Shown here piece by piece: positions 16,691 to 26,150 of a stretch of 64,000 bases of DNA (the stretch's first letter is position 1; every line of letters starts with the position of its first letter). The translations under genes and the position numbers were made by a program. The notes beneath the pieces are model-generated. The model searched no databases. It saw nothing but the letters and a program-made list of their open reading frames with translations, and was not told where the DNA came from. Source of the stretch: a virus. The stretch spans positions 64,001 to 128,000 of IMG/VR virus record IMGVR_UViG_3300032820_000001; one strand, written 5' to 3'.

Positions 16691-19600
16691 TTAATTTCCA
16701 GGGTCACTAAATTCTCCAGATGCGGCATCCCATTCTAGAATTGTCTCAGTAGTGGGCGATGCTCCAAAAGGAGTAAATGTCGCCTCAACCGAGTAATCAT
16801 CACCATCTTTCACAAGTTGCAACGCAACAGTGTTGATGTTACCATTTAAGGTGTCTGCCTGAAATGTGTTTGATGTATCGTTCGTAATAGTGAGGGCTCT
16901 TAGGCTATTTCCGAGCTCTCCGGCCACCGCTGTGGACACCGATATCTCTGCAGTGAAGTCGTCCCACCCTGTAGATTTACAGTATTTGATAACCGTTGGT
17001 GGGACATTCGCAAAAAGACGGACACCAGAGGCAATGCCAGTAACATTCGTCCCGTTTGCGGCGGTGTTCATTTGGCCCGTGGTATAACCACCTGCTGAGT
17101 AGTCAATTGTTTGTCCAGTGCCGGTGCCGCCAGGGCCTCCGGTTATTGCGCCATAGAGAACATCATCATCAACGATGATGGTTAACTGGTCAACATATGC
17201 CTGATTAGCGCCGAAGAGATCGATCTGCATATCCAACCACTCATTTGGTATAAACGGATTGTTGGGATCGGCATCTGCGCCGTCGGTAACACCGTCTAAG
17301 TCGGTGTCGACGCAATCGGAGCCGGGAGCCAGACATAAGTATTCTTCTTCAGTATTAACAACAACAAGGGAGGTTACGTTCTCATCACCACCGGTGAAAT
17401 AATCTAATCTCAGCGGGGCGCCGGTGTTGGGTGCCGTGTAAACGACATGGCCAATAGTAAATTTATTATCAACCGGTGTTTCGGGGTTTGTGTTTACTGG
17501 GTAGAGCGAGTTCTCTGTGGTCACAGTTTCAGCAGGATCCAGCGGATTGTAAGAATCTAAATCCTGGCTATTGTTGTCGTCCATATACATGTGCTGGCCA
17601 CTGCTGTCATAGCCGTCGACAAAATAAAGAGATGTCGAGAGGCCGGTTGCTTCCTCGTTGTTATCATAGCGAAACACAAAAGATGATGCATCTGAGGCTG
17701 GTTTGTAGAGAAGTACATCTTCACGCACTGCAAAAACCGTTACTTCTAAACTGTGAATATTTCCAGATGGGTCTGGTGCTGACCAGCTCGTATTTAGCGG
17801 ATCAAGTATCGCACTTCTTTCCACGCCGGTATTTCCAATTTCAACCCTGAATGCATCAACTGACTCATGTATAGTAAGGTCTCCCTTCAGCCAATCAAAT
17901 GCGTCAGCACATTCTGGCTGAACAAGAAGAACCTGAGTATCGACCAGTGCATTGCTTGAATTTCCATACTGATTGTGCTGGGCGACATCAGCTGTTATTG
18001 CGCCGGGGTCGCCGTGGATATTTTCAAGGTGCGTCAATCGAACCCAGTAGCGACCATCAGGCATTCCTGCAGTATCTATAACAGCATTTTCACTTAAAGG
18101 CGTGAGTCCTTGCGTGGCTGAAGTATTATAAGAAACTTCAATAGCAACACCGTTACTATCAAGTTCGAGTCTATACAACTCAAAGGCTGCCCTCCAAGAA
18201 GCTGCCGTAAAAACTCCTGTGGTTGTCATTGAGGTAGGATCAATTACTAATTTGTTTCCAACAGTTGTGGCGATGAGGCCACTTGAATAACCTGTAGTAT
18301 AGGTATTATATTCAATTGTTTGGGCAGAGCCTGAAATCGTTATCGATTCTGCTGGAATAAGTGTAACCTCGCAGTGGACACCTGGATCTTCGGAATCTAA
18401 GTGTGGGTTTGGATTTTCGGCAGTGCCTACAGACATTTCGAGGTTATCTCCGTAACCATCGTTATCGGCGTCACTGTCTTCATTGGGATCGTTCGGGAAT
18501 GCATCATATGACCATGAAACACCATCGGAATCTGGATCGGCTTGGGCTTGATACTCAGCTTCAGTCTGGTGTATACAGACTTTTACGATTGGTTCCGAAA
18601 GTCCATTATAATCTGTGTCCCAAGGGGATCGTTGGAGATAATTGTGACTAGACTGAGCAACATTATTAACCGTATCATATAAAATTGCATATACCCTTAA
18701 TAAACCCCAACTTGAGCCGGCGCTGACGTTACTATTAAACATCTCTTGAGTGAGTTCAATTGTATCGTCGGGTCCTGCCATGTTATTGAGGTTCCATGGG
18801 TCGAGGGCATCAGTACCATCGGCACTATAATAGTTCCACCCGGTGGTGGTGTCGTGGTTCCTGAGCATGAACCGGGCTTCTAGGTTGGGAAGCGAAGTAC
18901 CATCCGGGGTTTTGAAGGATTGTGCTTGGCCCAAGTCACCGGAAAACTTCATGAAGTCTCCTACGACGGAAAGAATAGATTCCTCGCCGGTTAATTGATC
19001 GTTGGTAGAGCCCGGTCGGATGAAAGTGGAATCTGCGGGGATAATATCCCTCGTAATGCCAAGACCGTTATTAAAGACCCGGATGTGAGAATTGGTTGCA
19101 AATTCCATTTCTATGGATGAGCCGGCGGCAGCGATGGCGTCGCCTCCGGTAACTCCGTACTCCTGATCCGCGAGGGCCAGACCATTGTGAAAGGGAACAT
19201 TCGCCGCAGGTGAAACAAATATAAAAGCAAAAGGGCTTAATTCATCTCCAAAATACGCCACGTTAGATTGTTGGCCATATTGGTTAGTAACATAAGCTCT
19301 AATTTTCAAATAGCCACCTCCTCCGCCAGTGGGGTTTAGAGTCGCATCGGAGTACGCGACATTTTGGATGGCTCCATTTCCAGCATCGTTTTCTCCAATG
19401 TCTGGTATTTGGATAATACCTTCTTTGAATTTGCCGTTAATGGCGTCCCAAGTGGATGTGCCGGATGCCACGGTGATTGTGGCCATCGTGAGCTCAACAG
19501 TAAGTATTGATCCTACTCTGTTGGGTTCGTCGACCGTAACCTCTGATCCTACGAATTCAATCTGATCGCCGGGGGCAGCGATGAGAAGTCCCCATGGTTC

Positions 19601-22600
19601 TAGATGGTGGTATTTCTGAAAGCCTAGACCGGTTTCGGTGTTGACTATGGCCGATTGCAGTTCGGGGCCTGCGCCGGTCCACACGGGTGCCAGCGTCATA
19701 GTTGGCGCTGCGGGAAGTGCAGGGTTGCCATCGTCCGGATCGGGGGGGGTGCCGTCGGCAGCAATGCCGTCGCCGTCATCATCGATGGAGCCGTCAGGAT
19801 CGTTGGGTAAGGCATCTGCCTGCCACAAAACACCGTCGCCGTCTGGATCTGCATTTGCTGCCCATTCAGCTTCGTCGGCCGCCATCCAAAGGTGATTGAC
19901 GTTTGTTTTGGGTTGGGTAAATGACGAAATGATATCGCCGCCGTGATGGAGTAATTGGCCTGTGGATTCATCATGCACTTGATATGTAACGCGCATTGTG
20001 GAATCACCGATGTCAGAAAGCACTACAGTGTCGCCGTCCGAAAGGGGGTCTGTGGTGCCTGCGCCGGGGAGTTCGGTTTGCCAATTGCTCTTTGAAATTA
20101 TTAATCGGGTTTTAAGGTTAGTCAATACATTACCGTTAACATCCTTAAGTTCAACATCGGTATGATCAAAAGTTATCTCATCGTCGTAGACAGCAAAGAG
20201 ATATCCCGAAATCAGATTGTCGGTATTGTTGAGCCACGTTGCGCCCGTAGCGGCTGTCGTCCAAGTAATGGCCCCTGTGGGCTGCTCTCTAACCGCATCA
20301 TTGTCGTTGGGGTTAGTTATTGTGAACGAAGAGTTTGGCACAGGAGCATCGGGGTATGGACGATATTCGCCCGCAGATTGATACACATATGTTAAAGCAT
20401 CGGTAGAACCAACTATTCCAATTCTGAAGTCGTCGTTGCCGGCGCTTTCTGCACCGGTTGTTCCATTTGCATCGGTGCCGGCGAACTCTTCCCAATAGGC
20501 CAGAGTGGTGGTACTAATTCCGGAATTAGCATGAGTTACCACAAAATGAACTTGCAAGGATTCGGCACCTTCAAAATCACTTAAAGTGACGGGGGCAGCG
20601 ACGTCTAACGTAGGCTGAAGCCAGCCTGCGCTTTGCCAAGTGGTAGTGGCAGAAGCGAGTGTTGTAAGAGCATCCTCGGTTGATCTTAATTCAACGCTCA
20701 ACGTTGTGCCATCTACTTGACTTTCGGCATCAATTTCCAATAAGGAATCAAGATCGAACCGAATCTGATCAGCTCCCATTGCAAACAAGTAGGGGGTCTC
20801 GTAGCTATATATGGGCGTCGTTGTTGATATAATTGTATTTTTAGTTCTAGTAACATTACTAATTGCGTCAAAGCCCGGTAGATTTAGCAAAGTAAGTTGT
20901 GGTGTAGTTGTTTCACTAACCGCTGCAGCGTTATCTGCTGCAACTTGTGCCGCATCCTCAGCTATATCGTTTATCCTTATTCTAGATAAAGACCAGCCGC
21001 TGTAGAAACCAAGATCGCCTTGGGTCCAAGAGCCGTCTTCGTCAGCATATGCTGCAAACATCAAATCTCCAAAGGTTTTGGGCATCTGTGTCCAAGCGTG
21101 GGCACCGGCTCCTGGTACATCGGCGGTTGCAAGATCAATGAAATCGCCACTGTCCCAAACATGAAGGGCGCCGTTAATGTAGACGCGCATTTCCTCGCCA
21201 TCTCTGACGAGAGAAACGTGTGTCTTTTCGCCTGCTCTGATGGGGAATCCACTTTGGGGACCAGCTGCAGTGTTGTCAGTTCCGTATGGGAGGGGTATGT
21301 GTGAAAGATTGAGTGAATTATAAGTATGGTTATAAAATGAACCAATAGTATAATAATTTCCTACTTGCACACCACCTTCCATAAGGGGGCGACAAATATC
21401 ATCATCTTGATCGTCCTTAACCATTTGAGTCTGCACTGAGAAACCGCCGTTTTGGTAGAGAACTGCTTGGTTTCGCTTCGTTCCTATTATGTGCTTGGGC
21501 CTATTATAGCCGTTGCTGGCGAAAGTATTCTCTGGTATATCTAGTATAAAGGAAAGTGTAAATGGTCGCAATGCCATGGTTTTCATAATACTGGTATGTA
21601 ACGCTGCACCAGCGAACATGCTTGGTGATGTCCAAGATCCAGACAAATGAAGGGCAAGGGGATCTCCAACATAACTTATTTCGGCGCCGTCGTTGTCGTA
21701 GTTGTCGTTTACACTGTAGGCGGCAATCGTATCTGTGGTTAGAGGAATAATTGCCGGATAAGACAATCCCAAAGGAAGTCCTGGAATTGGATCGTTAATA
21801 ACAGATATGCCATCGGCGTCCCAATCGCCACTAACATAAGTGGCTAAAGAATCGTTTTTGGTGCTAATGGTGGCTAAAGTGACAACGGCTTGTTGTCCCG
21901 CAGCCAATTGTGCGTTATAGTGATCTTCCTGATCTGTACCAATTTGACTGGATGGGTTATTATCCCCAGTAATTAAATCAGCACAAATTGCAGCAACGTC
22001 TTGGGATTCTTGGAACGCCTGTGCAATAGCAGTTTCCGTATCGGTGATAATGGTTTGAGCAGCTGCCGTAAGATTACCGTCTGCGCCCACATCATAATGT
22101 GCTGCTGTGAGAGTTTCTTCCCACGTAGGGGATGTTACAGCAAGGAAGCTGTTATCTCGGAGGTTTTCTAGGGTGCTTACAGCATTAACCATGTTCTCGC
22201 CTTCGAGGGTGTAAGTCGCAGGTGCGCCGCTGCCAGGAACAAGGGTGGCGCCGGGGTAGACAGAGATGGGAGTGCCACCATCAACTACCAAATCCTTCCC
22301 GTCGTAATTAAGAACAAAGGTGGTTGGGACGTTGGCATCGGGGAATCCACCGGGCCCGATGTCTGCAAGATAAGAAGTTGGGTCTACAGGATTGGGAACT
22401 TGGTCATCCCTATGAATGAAAAGCTGTCCTCCATTATCTCCCCATGAGTCTGCCCAGTCAAGACTAATGTCTGTAAGGCCAGCAGAAATTGGGGGTGTGC
22501 TGGTAGTGGTTCCGTTTGGCGCTCCTGGTTGGGGCGCCATGTTTTCGTCCATGTAAAATCCGCCCTGGATCATAACCGTTGTGGTTGCATCTTGGATGAA

Positions 22601-25600
22601 AGATATTATTGGTTCGTTATAGTAAGTGTCAAAGAAAAATGTCCAGCGCAATGCGGGGCCGTCGAAGTATCCATCGCCGCCGGCGGTAAGCTGAACTGCT
22701 GTTTGTTCGCCCGGATCGAGATGAAAGTCATCAACTGGATCAAGAACGTTATCGGCATCGGTATCGGGGCTCATCAAATTGATGGTAATCACTTGAAGAG
22801 TTTCATTTCCGTCTGCGTCTACTACTTTAATTGTAAATGTATCGGCACCGGTGAATGCGCCTGCGGTTGCAGGAGTATAAATCCACTCTCCGTAGCGGAT
22901 GTCCGAAGAGCTTGGGTCCTGAGCTGTTATTACAGCTGTACCGTGTGAGCCCTGTGAAGAGATGCTGAAGGGGTTTGCTGCATCCATAAGATTGGCATCC
23001 ATGGCACGTATTTCAGAACTGTATACACCTTGTCCTGAATTATATTCAAAGACTCCGGCGGATACCCACTGTCCTGTGGGATCCATAAATGTGGTGGGAA
23101 CGTCAGATAATTCTTCGATGATTGCATGACCACCGTCGGTTTCAGCTATAAATTCATCAGACGGGACATAAAATACGTTCTGATCTCCGGCTCCGTCCGT
23201 AACAGTATATTGGGCTCGTAAAATTTTGCCCACCAAAGACGCAGCTATGGTAATGGGATCTTCGGGGCCCACGGAAATGGGGTCGTTAACATCGATGGTG
23301 GAGGTTGTCGGTGAACCAATATCAGTCCACGGTGTGGTTGGGTTTCCAAAGCCTGTGCCAGAAGTATTATCGGCAGGATCATTAGATTGCCACACCACGT
23401 CGATAACGGTGATTCCGGAGTTGTCCTCGATGGCGGCGGCAAATGTATTAACCGTCTGATCCACCATTGGTGGCGACATCATCTCTAAGTCGACTGCAAA
23501 TACCGTAGCATCTGGGTTGTCGTCATAAACGATTATCCCGTCAACGCCGCCGAAAACATCACCAACGCCTGCGCTGGATATGGTTCTTTTGATTACTAGA
23601 TTTCCCGTACCAGAATCAATCTCAACTGAGTATGTATCGGTAAGATATTCTTGAGGTCCTTGCGGGTTGGAATTCAGGCCCAACCACAGTGGGTTTCCGT
23701 AGTTATCGAAAAACGTCAATGTTTGGCCGCCGTCGTTAAAACTGTCCCCCATATTAAGTATGTGCGTATCTCCTTCAGAAATTGGAAGAGTACCCTGAAG
23801 GCTGGGGTTGCCGGTGGCCAATTCGCCAAGGCCATAGTTCACTGCCATATTGCCATTGATAATGACTTCGAAAGTACCTTCGGGGTCTCCGTAAGGTGTG
23901 CCGCCGTATTGATCTACCGAAAGAGAGTATACATAGGTAAAATCGGGCACAACTATGCTCCTAATTTCAGAATGTGCTCCACTAAGGCCGCTACTATCAA
24001 CCGTATATCTGATTATAACAGACAGCTGATCGTCAGCGGCCATGGCTGCAACAGTTGCGCCAGGAAGGGTATTTGTGGTTTGACCTCCGATGGTGGTGCC
24101 GTTGGCTAGCCACTCTATTGAAGTAATGGTAATGGCCTCAGACGCAATTGTAGTAGCGTCTGCAACGAGGTCATCGCTTGCACCAAAAAGAATAACTGCT
24201 GGAAGAAGTGCTCCAGATGTAACGCTAGTTTGTACATCCGGATCATTAACCGCATCGGTGCCGTCGAGATCATAATCGCCCGCTGGTTCAAGCCAGTCGG
24301 GGGTACCGTCGTTGTCTGCATCGGGCATCACTGCGTTGGCCCATGAACCGTTAGAATATGTCAAAATGGCTGTGCCATTGACGGAAAGAGTTGAGCCATC
24401 CCAGACAATCTGAATATCGTAAGGGCCCGTGGTGTAATCGGGTACAATGGAAAACACAATGGTGTCAGTGTCGGGGTTTTTGAAGTCAACGCTTGTAATG
24501 CCGCCGTCGCCAAAGGTGTCTAAGAGAGAAAGCGTTTGTGTGCCTTCCTGTGGTGTTATCACGCCATGGTCTGACATCAGAAGTGGGCTTTCCCAATTAT
24601 TTAACCCTCCGATAAGGCCGGTGGCGTTAAGAGCAATTTGCCATTCTGAAGTCCAATCGTCGCCGTTGAATACAATGGCGCCATAATCTGGTGATGCTTC
24701 AGATATCGCGTAGAACGGTGACATAAACCACTGTCCGCCTTCACAAAAGTAAAATTTCTCTGCCACTGAAAATGGGGCGAGAACGGGGTCACTGTCGTCA
24801 GCCGTAGTGAGATAAAAGACCTCTCCTTCGTGATCAGACATATCTGCTTTGAGTGCAGAGCCGTCTTTCAAGTGAGCTGGAACAGCGTCATAAAGTGGAA
24901 CAATAAATTTAGTTGATGTCATGTCTCCTGACATTTCAGCATTTTGACCTGCTGCAATAGAAAGAGTATCACTTCTCATACCGGCGGTTTTTGTAACGCC
25001 GTCGACTGCTTTATCGACAGCACCGAGCATAGCATCAAGCCTATTTTGGCGGCTTTGCAATTTCTGATCCAACATATCGTCGGCAGCATGCAAAGATGTG
25101 AGGCCAGTTAAACAATAGGTAGCCACGCCATAAGTAATTTCAAATGTAGAAGATGCACCAATAGATGCAGTTGCGTTAGAGATTTTGGCAGTTAAACCTG
25201 CTTCATGAGTATCTTCTGCGGTGGTATTATGGGCAATCAAAACTGCCTGCTGTGCAGCGATTGTATCGTCTGCAGGAGCTGCGCCACGGATTTCGGATTT
25301 CATGGTGTTTATTTTAGAAGTTAGGGTTCCACGCAAGTCTGGATCTGAGTCCATGGCTGTTTGGAGTGCCTCAAGTGTTTTCCAAGTGTCTTCAACGCCA
25401 GTGCCTTCTAGTCTCTGTGAGACTTGGTATGCCAAAGATCCTGATACGGTCTTGGCTCCTTGAATTCTTATAATGTCTGTATTGGAGTTTGAAAGTTGAG
25501 TGTCCAATTTCAAATCTGCGTCTTTCAGACTTGTAGCATTATCTGCATAATTTGTATCAGTTCGAGCTACATAATCGTGGCCTCGAAGTGAAGGGGTCGC

Positions 25601-25891
25601 GCCAGTGGCAGCGTCGGCTGCGGTTGCGATCCTAGTATTTTCTAAGTTGGTTTCGAGCGGACTGTGAGTCGCTGCAGAATCGACGGTTCGTTGTCTAATG
25701 GAACCGGATTTGCTTTCGAGTGTTGCAACAAGATCGTTGCCATCAACGCCCAAGACACCTATAGTGCCGGACATCGTAGATACAGCGTCAGCGGTGCCTA
25801 AGTTGGCGTCGCCGTCAGCTGTCATGGTGTGTTTCAGATCGTTGGCCAAGTCGCCAGATCCTGAAATGACTGCTATACCTTTTTTAGTCAT
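16691..25891 (-). CDS. Giant acidic fibre/adhesin-like virion protein (3066 aa); N-terminal ~385 aa paralogous to 26151..27809
   Basis: Starts MTKKGIAVISGSG. Fibre motif WKTLEALQTAMDSDPDL. Cap module GEVFYL...KFYFCEGGQWFMSPF. Several DxDxDG Ca-binding (TSP3-like) clusters, a cadherin/Ig-like unit (GEWIYTP...FTGADTFTIKVVDADG) and a LamG-like segment (KTHVSLVRDGEEMRVYINGAL). Start ATG 25891 with SD GGAGG. Confidence 0.75.
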   Translation of the reverse strand: MTKKGIAVISGSGDLANDLKHTMTADGDANLGTADAVSTMSGTIGVLGVDGNDLVATLESKSGSIRQRTVDSAATHSPLETNLENTRIATAADAATGATPSLRGHDYVARTDTNYADNATSLKDADLKLDTQLSNSNTDIIRIQGAKTVSGSLAYQVSQRLEGTGVEDTWKTLEALQTAMDSDPDLRGTLTSKINTMKSEIRGAAPADDTIAAQQAVLIAHNTTAEDTHEAGLTAKISNATASIGASSTFEITYGVATYCLTGLTSLHAADDMLDQKLQSRQNRLDAMLGAVDKAVDGVTKTAGMRSDTLSIAAGQNAEMSGDMTSTKFIVPLYDAVPAHLKDGSALKADMSDHEGEVFYLTTADDSDPVLAPFSVAEKFYFCEGGQWFMSPFYAISEASPDYGAIVFNGDDWTSEWQIALNATGLIGGLNNWESPLLMSDHGVITPQEGTQTLSLLDTFGDGGITSVDFKNPDTDTIVFSIVPDYTTGPYDIQIVWDGSTLSVNGTAILTYSNGSWANAVMPDADNDGTPDWLEPAGDYDLDGTDAVNDPDVQTSVTSGALLPAVILFGASDDLVADATTIASEAITITSIEWLANGTTIGGQTTNTLPGATVAAMAADDQLSVIIRYTVDSSGLSGAHSEIRSIVVPDFTYVYSLSVDQYGGTPYGDPEGTFEVIINGNMAVNYGLGELATGNPSLQGTLPISEGDTHILNMGDSFNDGGQTLTFFDNYGNPLWLGLNSNPQGPQEYLTDTYSVEIDSGTGNLVIKRTISSAGVGDVFGGVDGIIVYDDNPDATVFAVDLEMMSPPMVDQTVNTFAAAIEDNSGITVIDVVWQSNDPADNTSGTGFGNPTTPWTDIGSPTTSTIDVNDPISVGPEDPITIAASLVGKILRAQYTVTDGAGDQNVFYVPSDEFIAETDGGHAIIEELSDVPTTFMDPTGQWVSAGVFEYNSGQGVYSSEIRAMDANLMDAANPFSISSQGSHGTAVITAQDPSSSDIRYGEWIYTPATAGAFTGADTFTIKVVDADGNETLQVITINLMSPDTDADNVLDPVDDFHLDPGEQTAVQLTAGGDGYFDGPALRWTFFFDTYYNEPIISFIQDATTTVMIQGGFYMDENMAPQPGAPNGTTTSTPPISAGLTDISLDWADSWGDNGGQLFIHRDDQVPNPVDPTSYLADIGPGGFPDANVPTTFVLNYDGKDLVVDGGTPISVYPGATLVPGSGAPATYTLEGENMVNAVSTLENLRDNSFLAVTSPTWEETLTAAHYDVGADGNLTAAAQTIITDTETAIAQAFQESQDVAAICADLITGDNNPSSQIGTDQEDHYNAQLAAGQQAVVTLATISTKNDSLATYVSGDWDADGISVINDPIPGLPLGLSYPAIIPLTTDTIAAYSVNDNYDNDGAEISYVGDPLALHLSGSWTSPSMFAGAALHTSIMKTMALRPFTLSFILDIPENTFASNGYNRPKHIIGTKRNQAVLYQNGGFSVQTQMVKDDQDDDICRPLMEGGVQVGNYYTIGSFYNHTYNSLNLSHIPLPYGTDNTAAGPQSGFPIRAGEKTHVSLVRDGEEMRVYINGALHVWDSGDFIDLATADVPGAGAHAWTQMPKTFGDLMFAAYADEDGSWTQGDLGFYSGWSLSRIRINDIAEDAAQVAADNAAAVSETTTPQLTLLNLPGFDAISNVTRTKNTIISTTTPIYSYETPYLFAMGADQIRFDLDSLLEIDAESQVDGTTLSVELRSTEDALTTLASATTTWQSAGWLQPTLDVAAPVTLSDFEGAESLQVHFVVTHANSGISTTTLAYWEEFAGTDANGTTGAESAGNDDFRIGIVGSTDALTYVYQSAGEYRPYPDAPVPNSSFTITNPNDNDAVREQPTGAITWTTAATGATWLNNTDNLISGYLFAVYDDEITFDHTDVELKDVNGNVLTNLKTRLIISKSNWQTELPGAGTTDPLSDGDTVVLSDIGDSTMRVTYQVHDESTGQLLHHGGDIISSFTQPKTNVNHLWMAADEAEWAANADPDGDGVLWQADALPNDPDGSIDDDGDGIAADGTPPDPDDGNPALPAAPTMTLAPVWTGAGPELQSAIVNTETGLGFQKYHHLEPWGLLIAAPGDQIEFVGSEVTVDEPNRVGSILTVELTMATITVASGTSTWDAINGKFKEGIIQIPDIGENDAGNGAIQNVAYSDATLNPTGGGGGYLKIRAYVTNQYGQQSNVAYFGDELSPFAFIFVSPAANVPFHNGLALADQEYGVTGGDAIAAAGSSIEMEFATNSHIRVFNNGLGITRDIIPADSTFIRPGSTNDQLTGEESILSVVGDFMKFSGDLGQAQSFKTPDGTSLPNLEARFMLRNHDTTTGWNYYSADGTDALDPWNLNNMAGPDDTIELTQEMFNSNVSAGSSWGLLRVYAILYDTVNNVAQSSHNYLQRSPWDTDYNGLSEPIVKVCIHQTEAEYQAQADPDSDGVSWSYDAFPNDPNEDSDADNDGYGDNLEMSVGTAENPNPHLDSEDPGVHCEVTLIPAESITISGSAQTIEYNTYTTGYSSGLIATTVGNKLVIDPTSMTTTGVFTAASWRAAFELYRLELDSNGVAIEVSYNTSATQGLTPLSENAVIDTAGMPDGRYWVRLTHLENIHGDPGAITADVAQHNQYGNSSNALVDTQVLLVQPECADAFDWLKGDLTIHESVDAFRVEIGNTGVERSAILDPLNTSWSAPDPSGNIHSLEVTVFAVREDVLLYKPASDASSFVFRYDNNEEATGLSTSLYFVDGYDSSGQHMYMDDNNSQDLDSYNPLDPAETVTTENSLYPVNTNPETPVDNKFTIGHVVYTAPNTGAPLRLDYFTGGDENVTSLVVVNTEEEYLCLAPGSDCVDTDLDGVTDGADADPNNPFIPNEWLDMQIDLFGANQAYVDQLTIIVDDDVLYGAITGGPGGTGTGQTIDYSAGGYTTGQMNTAANGTNVTGIASGVRLFANVPPTVIKYCKSTGWDDFTAEISVSTAVAGELGNSLRALTITNDTSNTFQADTLNGNINTVALQLVKDGDDYSVEATFTPFGASPTTETILEWDAASGEFSDPGN

Positions 25892-26093
25892 ATTATATCC
25901 CTCCAAGGATTAAAAGTTAATTAACTTATCATGATCATATTTTGGACACAGAAGTGCCAAGAGTATCGTTGGTAAGTAGTTGATTTTCATTAGGAAACCT
26001 AAAGTATTTTCATATCCTTTGTTACCCGAAAATCAAGGCGGATCTAGATTTAGATCTCAAAAGAAAAAGCACCCCGCCTTGTGGGGGTGCTTT
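25889..26093 (-). promoter_or_regulatory. Terminator-promoter-leader cassette, copy A
   Basis: Terminator AAAGCACCCC/GGGGTGCTTT (26066-26093), ACTACTTA (25973-25980), leader hairpin TTGGCAC-TTCT-GTGTCCAA, then TTAATTAACTTTTAATCCTTGGAGGGATATAAT-ATG. Confidence 0.7.
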
Positions 26094-26150
26094 GTAATTG
26101 TTTGTTGTATCGTTCATCTTTATCTCAAAGAGATTAAGAGTTACAATTGT

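Noticed and set aside
26041-26056. Inverted repeat GATCTA-GATT-TAGATC next to the terminator
   Set aside because: Single short AT-rich palindrome with no second full copy; too weak to call an operator.
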